Of a stretch of 64,000 bases of DNA, positions 1 through 9,297 are shown piece after piece; within the stretch, counting starts at the first letter, position 1; each line of letters opens with the position of its first letter. Under the pieces are notes generated by a model. The model saw only the letters and a list, made by a program, of their open reading frames with translations, did not search any database and had not been told where the DNA came from. Origin of the DNA: Candidatus Saccharimonadia bacterium (GTDB lineage: Bacteria; Patescibacteriota; Saccharimonadia; UBA4664); NCBI GenBank assembly GCA_038245115.1, contig JBBRSS010000005.1:3141-67140 (forward strand), read 5' to 3'. A program made the translations under genes and the position numbers.

Positions 1-104
1 GCCTCTTTATACTCTGCGTCTGTTTCGTACTTGATACCGTCTTTTTCAAAGGCTTCTTTGAATCCTTTTAATGATTTGTCTGAAATGTCATGATGAAGCA
101 TCAT
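1..104 (-). CDS. small helical protein (3' part off-window), similar to ORF 60925-61089
   Basis: Manual translation MMLHHDISDKSLKGFKEAFEKDGIKYETDAEYKEA...; AAGGAG RBS at 109-114 (minus); not in ORF track. Confidence 0.6.
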   Translation of the reverse strand, partial: MMLHHDISDKSLKGFKEAFEKDGIKYETDAEYKE

Positions 105-237
105 TTTTCTCCTTAATCTTCTTATCTTGATAGATATCGTAGATGAGTTGGGCGAGAGCTAGGGCATCACGCTCCCTTAACTCTTCCACGGTTGGTTCAT
201 GCGGCTTTTGTTCAGTTTTCTTTGGTTCGTATGCCAT
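88..237 (-). CDS. 49-aa hypothetical protein
   Basis: MAYEPKKTEQKPHEPTVEELRERDALALAQLIYDIYQDKKIKEKNDASS; strong AAGGAGGTG RBS at 242-250 (minus); overlaps next ORF start. Confidence 0.6.
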   Translation of the reverse strand: MAYEPKKTEQKPHEPTVEELRERDALALAQLIYDIYQDKKIKEKNDASS

Positions 238-260
238 ATAACACCTCCTTTATCCAATGA

Positions 261-350
261 TTACGAGACACTTCTGAATATAGCCCTTTTGTGTCCCATT
301 TGTCCCATTTTTCAGTACCACACCTCTGTTAAAGGGTTCGTGACCCGTAT
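261..350 (-). repeat. composite element-end motif, copy 1
   Basis: Minus strand reads ACGGGTCACGAAC-N25-AAATGGGACAAATGGGACAC-N19-GTGTCTCGTAA; matches copies at 57696 and 60678. Confidence 0.75.
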
Positions 351-468
351 GGGGACGGATATCCAGCGGCTATTACTAGATGCGGCGAGCCATCCGGAGG
401 CGTAATATAGTGATGGATGGGGCGTGCCCACGGAGTGAGTTGTACAATCAAGAAAAGGGAGTATTGAG

Positions 469-924
469 ATGGCAGATGCCAAAGATTTTTTGAATTCAAT
501 TGATAAGTCCGAATTTAAGACCGACGCAACCGCCAAGCGCACCGAAAAGCCATGGGGTTACGAGATATTGCTAACCGCCGCCGATGCGCCGTACGCAGCT
601 AAGATTATCCACATTAATGCTGGGGCGCGGTTGAGCCTACAGGCACACGACCAGAAGACCGAAACTTGGTGTGTGCTGCGCGGAAAAGCTGGGGTACTAA
701 TCGAGAATGCTGAGGGGAAATTGGAGCAAATTGAGCTCAAACCGGGAGTGGGCTATACGACCGCGCTAGGGCAACGCCACCGATTGATCGGCCTGGGTGA
801 CTGCGATGTGTTTGAAGCTTCGACCCCGGAAATCGGCACCACGCTCAGGCTCGAGGATGACTATGCCCGGCCCGATGAAACTGAGGCGATGCGGGCGCAA
901 CCGAATCGCGGCTGGAACAATTAG
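469..924 (+). CDS. cupin-domain protein (mannose-6-phosphate isomerase type II C-terminal-like)
   Basis: EKPWGYE, LSLQAHDQKTETW, HRL, EASTPE...RLEDDY motifs. Confidence 0.85.
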   Translation: MADAKDFLNSIDKSEFKTDATAKRTEKPWGYEILLTAADAPYAAKIIHINAGARLSLQAHDQKTETWCVLRGKAGVLIENAEGKLEQIELKPGVGYTTALGQRHRLIGLGDCDVFEASTPEIGTTLRLEDDYARPDETEAMRAQPNRGWNN

Positions 925-2137
925 GCTCGAATACCTCAACGGACTACGCGGCCTAGCCGCTTTGGTGGTGGTGTTTCACCATTTTGCTTATGTTTTTCTA
1001 GTATTTGCCACGCGCGGGGCAGGGGCAAATCACTTTGCTATCGAGAAAACCATTTACACCACTCCCCTGCAGCTGTTGGTGGCGGGCAACTTTGCGGTAT
1101 GCATCTTCTTTATTTTGAGCGGGTATGTGCTGAGCTACGCGTTTTTTCAGACCGGCAAAACGAGCGTGGTGCAAAAAGCGGCGGTGAAGCGCTATTTTCG
1201 GCTGATGCCACCGATTTTGGGCTCGGTGCTGTTGGCGTGGGCGATTATTAGACTAGGGCTGAACTTTAGCGACGGGGCGGCGGCTATCAGCGGCTCCTCT
1301 TGGCTAGCGAACTTTTGGCCGCGGACGGTGAGCCTGGGAGAGGCGGTATATTACGGCGCTTACGGGATTCTGGTGGGCAACTCATCGCCGGGCCTGCTCA
1401 ATAACGCGCTGTGGACAATGAAGGTCGAATTAATTGGGTCGATGTTGGTATTCGGATTCTTGGGGCTATTTGGCAAACTGCGGCTGCGCTGGCTGATGTA
1501 CGCACTGCTGGCGATGGCGACGTGGAATTCGTACTATTTGGCGTTTGTGCTGGGAATTGCACTGTGCGATGTAACGAACAGGAGCTGGTCGCCAAAACAA
1601 CTGGCATGGCCGATTACGGCGGGGCTGGCGCTGGTGGGGTTATGGCTGGGGGCGGCGCCGATTCCGGGCGCCACGAGTACCATCTACAGCTCATTCGGGT
1701 GGCCCGGAGCGGATCCAAACGTGGTGTTTATTTTGACGCATATTATTGGGGCGACCATGCTACTGGGCGCGGTGGTTTACTCCCCCGTTCTCAAGCTGGT
1801 ATTTGCCAGCCGCCCGCTCCGGTACCTAGGAAAGATTTCGTTCTCGATGTATTTGTTGCATCTGTTGGTGCTGGGCACGATTAGCTCGTACATGTTTACG
1901 GTCCTGAGCGTGAGCCACGGTTATTTGCTGAGCCTGCTAGTCACGGGGGCGGCCTATTTGGTGATAGTTACGATAGCCGCCGACATCTTTACGCGGCACG
2001 TCGATGAACCAAGTGTCAAACTGGCAAACTGGCTGCAGAAACGCATAATGTCGCCGCGACGGCCCTCGACGGATACAAGACCCGCTCGACAGCCTGCTAT
2101 GATGGGAGCATCGAGGGCGGATGCATCTAATATCTAA
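875..2137 (+). CDS. acyltransferase-3 family (OafA-like) membrane O-acyltransferase
   Basis: LNGLRGLAALVVVFHH, FFILSGY, RYFRL, LWTMKVE, LGKISFSMYLLH; start uncertain. Confidence 0.9.
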   Translation: MKLRRCGRNRIAAGTIRLEYLNGLRGLAALVVVFHHFAYVFLVFATRGAGANHFAIEKTIYTTPLQLLVAGNFAVCIFFILSGYVLSYAFFQTGKTSVVQKAAVKRYFRLMPPILGSVLLAWAIIRLGLNFSDGAAAISGSSWLANFWPRTVSLGEAVYYGAYGILVGNSSPGLLNNALWTMKVELIGSMLVFGFLGLFGKLRLRWLMYALLAMATWNSYYLAFVLGIALCDVTNRSWSPKQLAWPITAGLALVGLWLGAAPIPGATSTIYSSFGWPGADPNVVFILTHIIGATMLLGAVVYSPVLKLVFASRPLRYLGKISFSMYLLHLLVLGTISSYMFTVLSVSHGYLLSLLVTGAAYLVIVTIAADIFTRHVDEPSVKLANWLQKRIMSPRRPSTDTRPARQPAMMGASRADASNI

Positions 2138-3947
2138 ACGACCAGTTGTGATGGGTATGGGCGTTGGCCTGGCGCTGGTGGGTGCTGTGGTAGGGACGGG
2201 TTGGATGCGCACGCAGGGCACCCTGAAGGTAGCAGTTGCCGGCCAGCAGGCCGTGCTGGTAGCCGGGCCGCTCAAGGTGGCCTTTAGCCAAGATGTGGCG
2301 GCCGGGTTTTCGGCCACGATCGAGCCTAAAGTGGCCGGAACGTGGCAAACTGAGCGGACTGTTTTCGGGGTGAGCGCGGTGGCGTTTACGCCGACTAAGC
2401 GGTTTGAGGCCGGGCGCACGTATTCGCTGCACATCAAGGGCATGAAGCGCGCGGTAACCAATCAGGCTCTCGGCGAGGTGCAGCAAGGATTTGCGACCCA
2501 GCTGCCATCCGGGGTGGCGAAAACTTCGCCGGCGGCCGATGCGGTGGACGTAGCGGCCAAGCCCCGGCTAACGGTAGTTTTACGCGAGGCCAACCAAGGT
2601 GTGCGCCAACTCAAGCCCACGTTAACACCGGCGATACCGCTGAAGTACATTTCGAGCGATGACAAAACATTCGTCTGGGAACCGCAGACGCCCCTAAAAC
2701 AGGGCGAAAAGTACACCTTTACGCTGGAAGACACCCGTGTTGCCGATCCGGCGAAACGTAATTTGTTTAATAATGTCTTTACGGTGGTGGCGCAGCCGGT
2801 GATTGCCTCGGCCCGCACGGGAGGATATTTTACACCCGGGCAAACCGTGGATATTGGCTTTGGGCAGCCGATGGAGCCCAGCGCGACGGCCTTTAAGTTT
2901 GATCTGGCGGGCAAGGGCAGCTGGGTGGACGACCGCACCTACCGCTACGTGCCGACGGACGGGGCGCTAAAGCCGGGCAAGACCTACAATTACGTGGTGA
3001 AAGCGGGCTTGAAGTCGAAAGCGGGTGGGGTTATGGAGGCCGACACGGCCTACCAGTTCTCCAGCACCGGCGCCGTGGGGGCGAGCATAAGCCCGGGCGG
3101 GGGCAATGTAGGGTTAAATACACCGATCAAAGTGACGTTTGATCAACCGGTGGACCATGCCTCGGCGCAGGCTCGGTTTAGTATCAGCCCTGCTGCGGCG
3201 GGGGCGTTCTCGTGGAGCGGCAACACCATGATTTACGCGCCCACGGGGTTGGCCTACCAGAGCGAATACGCGGTACGGGTAACCGCCGGAGTAGTGCCGA
3301 ACTGGGGACTGCCCAACACCGCCATACTGAGCGGGTCGCTGGCCACGCTGCCGGAGACGATAAAGCTCGGCGTGCCGGCCTATAAGACTCAGTACAAAAT
3401 GAGCTGCGAACTGGCAGCCACGCGCATGCTATTGGCATTTCGCGGCATCAATGTGAGCGATTGGGACGTACTGATGAAACTCAGCTATAATCCCCGCCCG
3501 CGGGACCTTGCTACCAACTCCTGGGACGACCCAAACGTGATGTACGTGGGCGACGTCAACGGTAATGCTAATTCCACCAGCTACGGCGTCCATGCCGGGC
3601 CAATTGCGGCGGCGGCGCGCAGCTTCGGACGTTCTGCCACGTCGCAGTTCAATGTGTCGGCCGCCTTTATAGCCACGCGCATCCATGAGGGTAATCCGGT
3701 GATCTTTTGGGGGCACAGCACGCCGGCCAAGCCGGACTCCTGGAATACTTCTAGCGGCGTAGTGCAAACCATACTGTCGTCGCACGCGCGGGTGGTGTAC
3801 GGCGTAGTGGGGAGCGCCGACGCGCCGATTGGGTTCCACATTATCGAAACCTCAAAGGGAACAACCATGTACTGGACTACCGCCGAGTTAATGGCGAATA
3901 TGAATATTATTCCCGGAGTGAGCAACCAGACGGTGGTGGTTTACTAG
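2121..3947 (+). CDS. membrane-anchored Ig-like (Big_5/SbsA) repeat protein with C-terminal C39-like peptidase
   Basis: N-terminal TM; repeated F-x-Q-P-M/V Ig modules; Q...SCELAA and HARVVYG catalytic motifs. Confidence 0.8.
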   Translation: MHLISKRPVVMGMGVGLALVGAVVGTGWMRTQGTLKVAVAGQQAVLVAGPLKVAFSQDVAAGFSATIEPKVAGTWQTERTVFGVSAVAFTPTKRFEAGRTYSLHIKGMKRAVTNQALGEVQQGFATQLPSGVAKTSPAADAVDVAAKPRLTVVLREANQGVRQLKPTLTPAIPLKYISSDDKTFVWEPQTPLKQGEKYTFTLEDTRVADPAKRNLFNNVFTVVAQPVIASARTGGYFTPGQTVDIGFGQPMEPSATAFKFDLAGKGSWVDDRTYRYVPTDGALKPGKTYNYVVKAGLKSKAGGVMEADTAYQFSSTGAVGASISPGGGNVGLNTPIKVTFDQPVDHASAQARFSISPAAAGAFSWSGNTMIYAPTGLAYQSEYAVRVTAGVVPNWGLPNTAILSGSLATLPETIKLGVPAYKTQYKMSCELAATRMLLAFRGINVSDWDVLMKLSYNPRPRDLATNSWDDPNVMYVGDVNGNANSTSYGVHAGPIAAAARSFGRSATSQFNVSAAFIATRIHEGNPVIFWGHSTPAKPDSWNTSSGVVQTILSSHARVVYGVVGSADAPIGFHIIETSKGTTMYWTTAELMANMNIIPGVSNQTVVVY

Positions 3948-4201
3948 TCCCGTAGAGGGCGATCTTGACGGATGTCACGCTGCCAAACAACCGGGTCGGT
4001 AATCTGCGAGTAGGCACCGGCGGCTTGCAACTCGTGAAGTAAAGATTGAATTCGACTACGATCCTGCTTGATATGGGGTAAGGGTAACTGAATAGTGGCT
4101 TTTTGTCCCAACTCGAGGTGAGCGTCTTTGACATATTGCCTAGGCACGCGAAGGGCGTATGAATTACCGACTTTTATTACTGTCGCGATATAGTTGCTCA
4201 T
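3944..4201 (-). CDS. AbrB/MazE-type DNA-binding protein (orphan antitoxin-like)
   Basis: MSNYIATVIKVGNSYALRVP; C-terminal DPVVWQRDIR motif; ATG at 4201. Confidence 0.75.
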   Translation of the reverse strand: MSNYIATVIKVGNSYALRVPRQYVKDAHLELGQKATIQLPLPHIKQDRSRIQSLLHELQAAGAYSQITDPVVWQRDIRQDRPLRD

Positions 4202-4228
4202 AATGCCTACTATTATAGATACTAATCT

Positions 4229-4298
4229 ATTCAACTGTACGATTTTTTCGTACAGTTGAATGCCATTTTCAACTGGTAAAAATTTGTAACCAGCTGAT
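4229..4298. repeat. two 31-bp palindromic units TTCAACTG-N15-CAGYTGA, 38-bp period
   Basis: 4230-4260 (perfect 14-bp inverted repeat 4229-4261) and 4268-4298; related copy inside Bro-N gene at 4954-4984. Confidence 0.9.
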
Positions 4299-4307
4299 TA
4301 TCTTCAG

Positions 4308-5159
4308 TTATGCTTGAGGGTGCTTCCGTGATTTGACCCTGGACTCCGCAGCGGGACCTATAGCGTTTTGACCCGTAATAATACTTTCGCCAGTTTGGCG
4401 TTCAATTTCAGCTCGAGCCTGGCCAGCGGCACCGCCACCTTCCCGAGCGACTTGCTGATTGGCAGCGAGGCCTGTGGGTCGCTTCTTTTGGGAAATGGTT
4501 TTAGTAGAAACTTCGGCCAACATATTGAGCACTAGCTCCAGGTTGGTCATATTATCGCGCAAATTCTCCTTGCGTAGACCTTTCAGCTTTTTATAATCCT
4601 TCACGGACCTGCCAGCCCAAGCTTGGGTAATCTCGTTGGTGAGAATGGCGTAGTCACGGCCTTCTTTCATCCCACGGGTCTCCCATTCATCGGTAAGTTC
4701 TTTGCGGATCTCAATGCTCTTGAGGCGCTGGTTAATCCAGTCGCGGGAGTACCCCTTTTGCAAATAAGTACGCATAGTGCGGTCAATGCCCAATTCCGGA
4801 TCTTCCATCTCTTCGATTCGCTTATAGCCAACCTGGGCGAGCCATAGCTTGAAGGGCTCGGCTTTGGGAGAGGAAATGGATTGTATGAGCCGCAACAGAG
4901 TTTCGGTGTCAGCAGCATCGGTATTATATTTTTTACCATCTGCAGCCTCGAATTTCAGTTGTACGATTTTTTCGTACACCTCACTGCCCTCTCCCTGAAG
5001 CTTTTTTTTGAGATCAGACCAGTAACGGCGCGGGATAGTGGACTCGGTGAGGATATTAATGACGTCAATGACGGCAAAATACCACAATTCGGCTACCTCG
5101 TCGTAGTGACGGCGGACCTGCTGCTGGCTGAATAAGATGATCGACTGGGATTTCTTCAT
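4308..5159 (-). CDS. Bro-N domain (phage antirepressor-like) protein
   Basis: WYFAVIDVINILT, RRYWSDLKKKL, ADGKKYNTD, RLIQSISSPKAEPFKLWLA, KENLRDNMTNLEL; likely ATG at 5159. Confidence 0.9.
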   Translation of the reverse strand: MKKSQSIILFSQQQVRRHYDEVAELWYFAVIDVINILTESTIPRRYWSDLKKKLQGEGSEVYEKIVQLKFEAADGKKYNTDAADTETLLRLIQSISSPKAEPFKLWLAQVGYKRIEEMEDPELGIDRTMRTYLQKGYSRDWINQRLKSIEIRKELTDEWETRGMKEGRDYAILTNEITQAWAGRSVKDYKKLKGLRKENLRDNMTNLELVLNMLAEVSTKTISQKKRPTGLAANQQVAREGGGAAGQARAEIERQTGESIITGQNAIGPAAESRVKSRKHPQA

Positions 5160-5394
5160 ACTTGGCCCCTTATAGTACAAACAAATTATACCACACTTGT
5201 TCGGTTTTTGTATGCAAAGGCCGGTTTTAAGGTAACGCATATCTTAATATAAAAGTACTCCACCGATACCCAATTTACTTTACCTCTTTGTATCTGTTAA
5301 TATGAATTATAGTATCCCTTTTCATCTATATATATAGGTGTAGGAAGGGTAGGCGTAGCGACATAATTATCACTAAACTCGAAGTAATAACCCA

Positions 5395-6264
5395 ATGACT
5401 AATACAAGCCTTAAAGCTAAAACCGAACCTAAATACCGAAAAAAGCTAAACTCAGACCAAATAGCGGTACTACGGCTACTGCAACGATTCAGGTTTGTTA
5501 GTAATCAGCAGGTGGCCAAATTTGCCGAAAAGAAGAGCAGCAAGGACGTGCAAAAGCGGCTACAAATACTTGAGGAACAAGGACTTATTGCCAAACGCTA
5601 CGACAAGACCTACAAACTCAAGGGTAAGCCGGCCGCCTATTACCTGTTACCCAAAGGGGCGCGAAACCTGGCTGAGCAAACTACACGGAAGGCCGATGAG
5701 CCGATAAACATTAAACGCATCTACAAAGATAAAGATGTGTCCGAGAACTTTATTGAGCACTGCTTAAATATCACGAGCGCATACCTGCAATTCAAAGCTG
5801 TGCACGGCGACAAGCTGAGATTCTTCACGAAGAGCCAAATTGACACCGAGAAATATACGTATTTCCCGCAGCCGCAACCGGACGCCTACATAAGACTCAA
5901 AACCACCAAGGGCGAAAGTCAGTTCTTGCTGGATATCTATGAAGAAACGCAACCATTCTTTGTGTTGTTGCGCCGGGTGAAAAAATACGTGGCGTACGCT
6001 GCCGAGGGAGATTGGGAAGCAGACACGGGCACGGAGCTACCGATAATTCTCATGGTGGCGCAGAACGGCAGCATCCAGAAACGTTTGCGTAAAAGGATCG
6101 CCATGGAACTGAGCGATACGTATGAGGAAATCAGCGTCGCGACGACGACGCTCCCCCATCTGCTGGTAAGTGAGGCGGCCAAGGGTAAGGTGTGGCTGCC
6201 GATTGATGATGAGGGGGATGACGAGGACGAGCCGCTCAAGCCACTGGGGCTCGGTGGGCTATAG
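5395..6264 (+). CDS. replication-relaxation (Replic_Relax-like) wHTH plus nuclease-fold protein
   Basis: N-terminal wHTH (LQRFRFVS...RLQILEEQGLI), H-C-L and QPDAYI motifs. Confidence 0.7.
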   Translation: MTNTSLKAKTEPKYRKKLNSDQIAVLRLLQRFRFVSNQQVAKFAEKKSSKDVQKRLQILEEQGLIAKRYDKTYKLKGKPAAYYLLPKGARNLAEQTTRKADEPINIKRIYKDKDVSENFIEHCLNITSAYLQFKAVHGDKLRFFTKSQIDTEKYTYFPQPQPDAYIRLKTTKGESQFLLDIYEETQPFFVLLRRVKKYVAYAAEGDWEADTGTELPIILMVAQNGSIQKRLRKRIAMELSDTYEEISVATTTLPHLLVSEAAKGKVWLPIDDEGDDEDEPLKPLGLGGL

Positions 6265-6310
6265 CAAATACTCGACCGTGATGGTCTGTAGCAACCTGGG
6301 GCGCAGCAGA

Positions 6311-7345
6311 CTAGGCGAGCTTCTTAACGATCTCTTTGACGCGCTGCGATAAGTCTTTGCGGGCGACCAGAATGCCGTTGGGGGTGTTGACCACCACCAC
6401 GTTGTCGAGGCCGATGACGGCAACTGGCTTGTCGCCGTCGTTGCGAATGTAGGAGTTCTCCACCTCGATGGTCTCCACTACCCCGTCGCCGGTGATCACG
6501 TTGCCGGCGCCGTCGTTGTTGTTGGCTTCGTATAGCTCCTTGAAGGAACCGATGTCGAGCCAGTCGAATGTAGCAGGGACCACCATGAGGTTGTCGACTT
6601 TTTCGCTAAGGGCATAGTCGATGGCGTCGTTTTCGAAGCCGAGATAGGTAGCATCGTATTCTTCGGGAGTTTTGACCTTTTGGAGACTTTGGAAGTCGGC
6701 GTAACGCTCGGGGGCGTGCTTCTTCATGGCGCCCAAGAAGACATTTACGGAACCGACGTTATAGCCACTGTTCCAAAGATACTTGCCGCTGGCAAAGAAT
6801 TCCCGGGCCTGCTCGAGTTCGGGCTTTTCTTTGAAGCTGGCAACTTCGGAAACAAAGGCGGCTTTGTCGATGATGGCGCCTTTTTCGATGTAGCCAAACA
6901 GGGTGGAGGGGTGCGTAGGCTCAACGCCAACCAGAGTGAGGCGGCCGTGGTGTTTGGACTGGGCGGCAGCCGTCCTGAAGGCGTGCACGAAACCGTCGAT
7001 GTCACGGATGAAATGATCGGCCCACAGGAAGCCGATGGGTTCGTCGAGGTCGTGATGCCGCGCTACGCGGTCGAGAGCGGCAATGAAACAGCTGGCAGTA
7101 CCGCGGCGGCCGGGCTCCACAATGAAGGCGTGGTCGGGCAGCTCGGGTAACTGCTTTTTAACATGCTCGGAGTGACTAGCCTCGGTGACCACGTAAATGT
7201 CGTCGCTAATGCGCTTGCCGCGATCATAGGCCTCTTGGACTCCCGAGCGCTCACCGGTTAGTTTTAGTAGGTGTTTGGGGTAGCTGCCGACAGACAAGGG
7301 CCAGAGCCGAGTTCCCGATCCGCCAGCGATAATCACAATAATCAT
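6311..7345 (-). CDS. manC: mannose-1-phosphate guanylyltransferase
   Basis: AGGSGTRLWPLS..PKH, VEPGRRGTA, FKEKP, WNSG, IDYA, WLDIGS. Confidence 0.92.
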   Translation of the reverse strand: MIIVIIAGGSGTRLWPLSVGSYPKHLLKLTGERSGVQEAYDRGKRISDDIYVVTEASHSEHVKKQLPELPDHAFIVEPGRRGTASCFIAALDRVARHHDLDEPIGFLWADHFIRDIDGFVHAFRTAAAQSKHHGRLTLVGVEPTHPSTLFGYIEKGAIIDKAAFVSEVASFKEKPELEQAREFFASGKYLWNSGYNVGSVNVFLGAMKKHAPERYADFQSLQKVKTPEEYDATYLGFENDAIDYALSEKVDNLMVVPATFDWLDIGSFKELYEANNNDGAGNVITGDGVVETIEVENSYIRNDGDKPVAVIGLDNVVVVNTPNGILVARKDLSQRVKEIVKKLA

Positions 7346-7408
7346 GGCGAAAGTATATCAGATTTGTTTCGGTTGCGCTTCACCCAACGGGCGTCCCGAA
7401 CAACTGAT

Positions 7409-8086
7409 TTAGCCGGCCTCTTGCGTATCGGGCTCATCCTTAGCCCAGGGTAGGGTGCCTTCAATCATTCGCCGGTCTTCCTCCGACCACTTATCAGGGT
7501 CAAAGGCAACGAGATCACTGGGGTGAAACTTTGGGCTCTCAAGCATTTGCACAAAGCTAGCCGGACCGTGGATCTTAATGACATGGTGAGTCTCGGGAAG
7601 GTTGCGCATTTGGGTTCCGGCAGGAACGTCTGCCTGAATGCGCCCCTGTGCGCGGCCCAGATCGTACTGCTCGGTAGTAACGGATGAACCCAACGGGATG
7701 TCGGTAAATAGAAATGTTTCGACACCCGAGCCTCCAGTTTCTACCTCGGTATGGTGGTGCTTAGCCAACACAGCGTCATCTTGGTTCTTTTTTACGAAAA
7801 ATTGCTTGAGCCCATCGGGATAGGTTTCGAATAATTCCCGAACTTTACTTTTGATCCCCCCGTGAACAGGTGATTGTTCGCCCAGAAAGAGCGCGACGTC
7901 ATCAATGGTGTATATGCTGCGGCGATCGTCCTCATTCTCCAGTCGCAGGCCGATGGCCTCTGGGTCTAATTCGGAACTGATTTCTACGACATCAGGATTG
8001 TTCGCCATAGCTCTGGCCTCGGCTGCATTGCTGAAGCCGGCCGTCGGCTGCTGCCGATCTGGCCCTGGCAGTGTGATTTCGCTCAT
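7409..8086 (-). CDS. hypothetical protein, possible cupin fold
   Basis: KHHH...ETFLF...HHVIKI pattern; AAGGAG RBS upstream. Confidence 0.5.
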   Translation of the reverse strand: MSEITLPGPDRQQPTAGFSNAAEARAMANNPDVVEISSELDPEAIGLRLENEDDRRSIYTIDDVALFLGEQSPVHGGIKSKVRELFETYPDGLKQFFVKKNQDDAVLAKHHHTEVETGGSGVETFLFTDIPLGSSVTTEQYDLGRAQGRIQADVPAGTQMRNLPETHHVIKIHGPASFVQMLESPKFHPSDLVAFDPDKWSEEDRRMIEGTLPWAKDEPDTQEAG

Positions 8087-8200
8087 AACCTAACTTCTCC
8101 TTATTTTACTCGTGTAGCCCGCCCATGGGCGCGCGTCAATTACCCGAGCCGAGTTCGATGCGATTATACCAAACTTTGAGGTGGGTGCTTTATACTGGTT

Positions 8201-8320
8201 ATGATGGAAGAGACGGAAGAGCCGCCGGCACGGCGCCTTCAAGAATATTGTGGCGGGAGTTTTTGCCGACGATGCTTCACATGCGATAAATTTATTTCAT
8301 ATATCCCATTGCGAAAGTAA
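8201..8320 (+). CDS. putative 39-aa Cys-rich peptide
   Basis: MMEETEEPPARRLQEYCGGSFCRRCFTCDKFISYIPLRK; TATACT at 8191-8196. Confidence 0.3.
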   Translation: MMEETEEPPARRLQEYCGGSFCRRCFTCDKFISYIPLRK

Positions 8321-8340
8321 TTGTACTGTATCATAAGAGC

Positions 8341-9297
8341 ATGAATTCTGAGCCTCAACTATCAGTAGTGATCCCGGCATATAACGAAGTTGGCAATGTA
8401 GCGTTGATACATTCAGCTCTTACAAAAGTACTCGATACCGAGGAGGGCTTGGATTACGAAATAATTTTCGTGAACGACGGTAGCCTTGACGACACTTTGA
8501 TAGAGCTCCGGCAGCTGGCTAAGCACGATCACCGGGTAAGGTTGATAAGTTTTTCGCGCAATTTTGGCAAGGAGCTAGCAACGACTGCGGGGATTCATCG
8601 CGCCAAAGGGGCGGCAGTTGTAATAATTGACGCCGACGGCCAGCATCCGGTCGAATTGATTCCTGTTTTTCTCAAGAAGTGGCGGTCGGGGGCCCAGGTA
8701 GTTATCGGCGTGCGCCGGAGCAACCGCAAGGAGGGGGCGGTGAAACGCTATGGCTCCAAGTTGTTTTATAAGTTATTCAATAACACCACAGGTTCACATC
8801 TGATTCCTGGCTCGACGGATTTTCGCCTGATCGATCGTGCCGTACAACATGAGTTCTCAAGACTGACCGAGCGCAACAGGATAACTCGCGGCCTAATTGA
8901 TTGGATTGGGTACCGGCGCGAAATCGTCGAATTTGACGCTAACGCGCGGTTTAGCGGCGACCCCGCCTACAAGATCCCGCAGCTGATAGGCCTGGCCATG
9001 AACAGCTTCATCTCGCTAAGCCTGGCCCCGCTGTATTTCTCGGGCTGGGCTGGGCTGGCCATCACACCACTTGCGTTAATAGCCGGCCTCATAGTACTGG
9101 TCGAGCAGCTCATCATGCATGACCCTTTAGGCTGGAATTTCACGGGAACGGGGATGTTGGGCATTTTGCTTGTATTCTTGGTGGGGCTCCTGCTGATGTC
9201 GCAAGGATTCATCGCGCTGTACATATCGCGTATTCACACGGAAACGCAAAACCGTCCGCTTTACGTTGTGGACGAAGAAGCTTCAGTCAGGGCTTAG
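8341..9297 (+). CDS. GT2 polyprenol-phosphate glycosyltransferase (GtrB-like)
   Basis: SVVIPAYNE, NDGSLD, SRNFGKE, DADGQHP, DFRLIDR, two C-terminal TMs, RPLY. Confidence 0.92.
   Translation: MNSEPQLSVVIPAYNEVGNVALIHSALTKVLDTEEGLDYEIIFVNDGSLDDTLIELRQLAKHDHRVRLISFSRNFGKELATTAGIHRAKGAAVVIIDADGQHPVELIPVFLKKWRSGAQVVIGVRRSNRKEGAVKRYGSKLFYKLFNNTTGSHLIPGSTDFRLIDRAVQHEFSRLTERNRITRGLIDWIGYRREIVEFDANARFSGDPAYKIPQLIGLAMNSFISLSLAPLYFSGWAGLAITPLALIAGLIVLVEQLIMHDPLGWNFTGTGMLGILLVFLVGLLLMSQGFIALYISRIHTETQNRPLYVVDEEASVRA

Noticed and set aside
4229-4298. Palindromic units as a CRISPR mini-array or simple terminator
   Set aside because: Only two units, 15-nt cores, no cas genes; stems are AT-rich without U tract, and a terminator would not explain the match to the Bro-N coding sequence.
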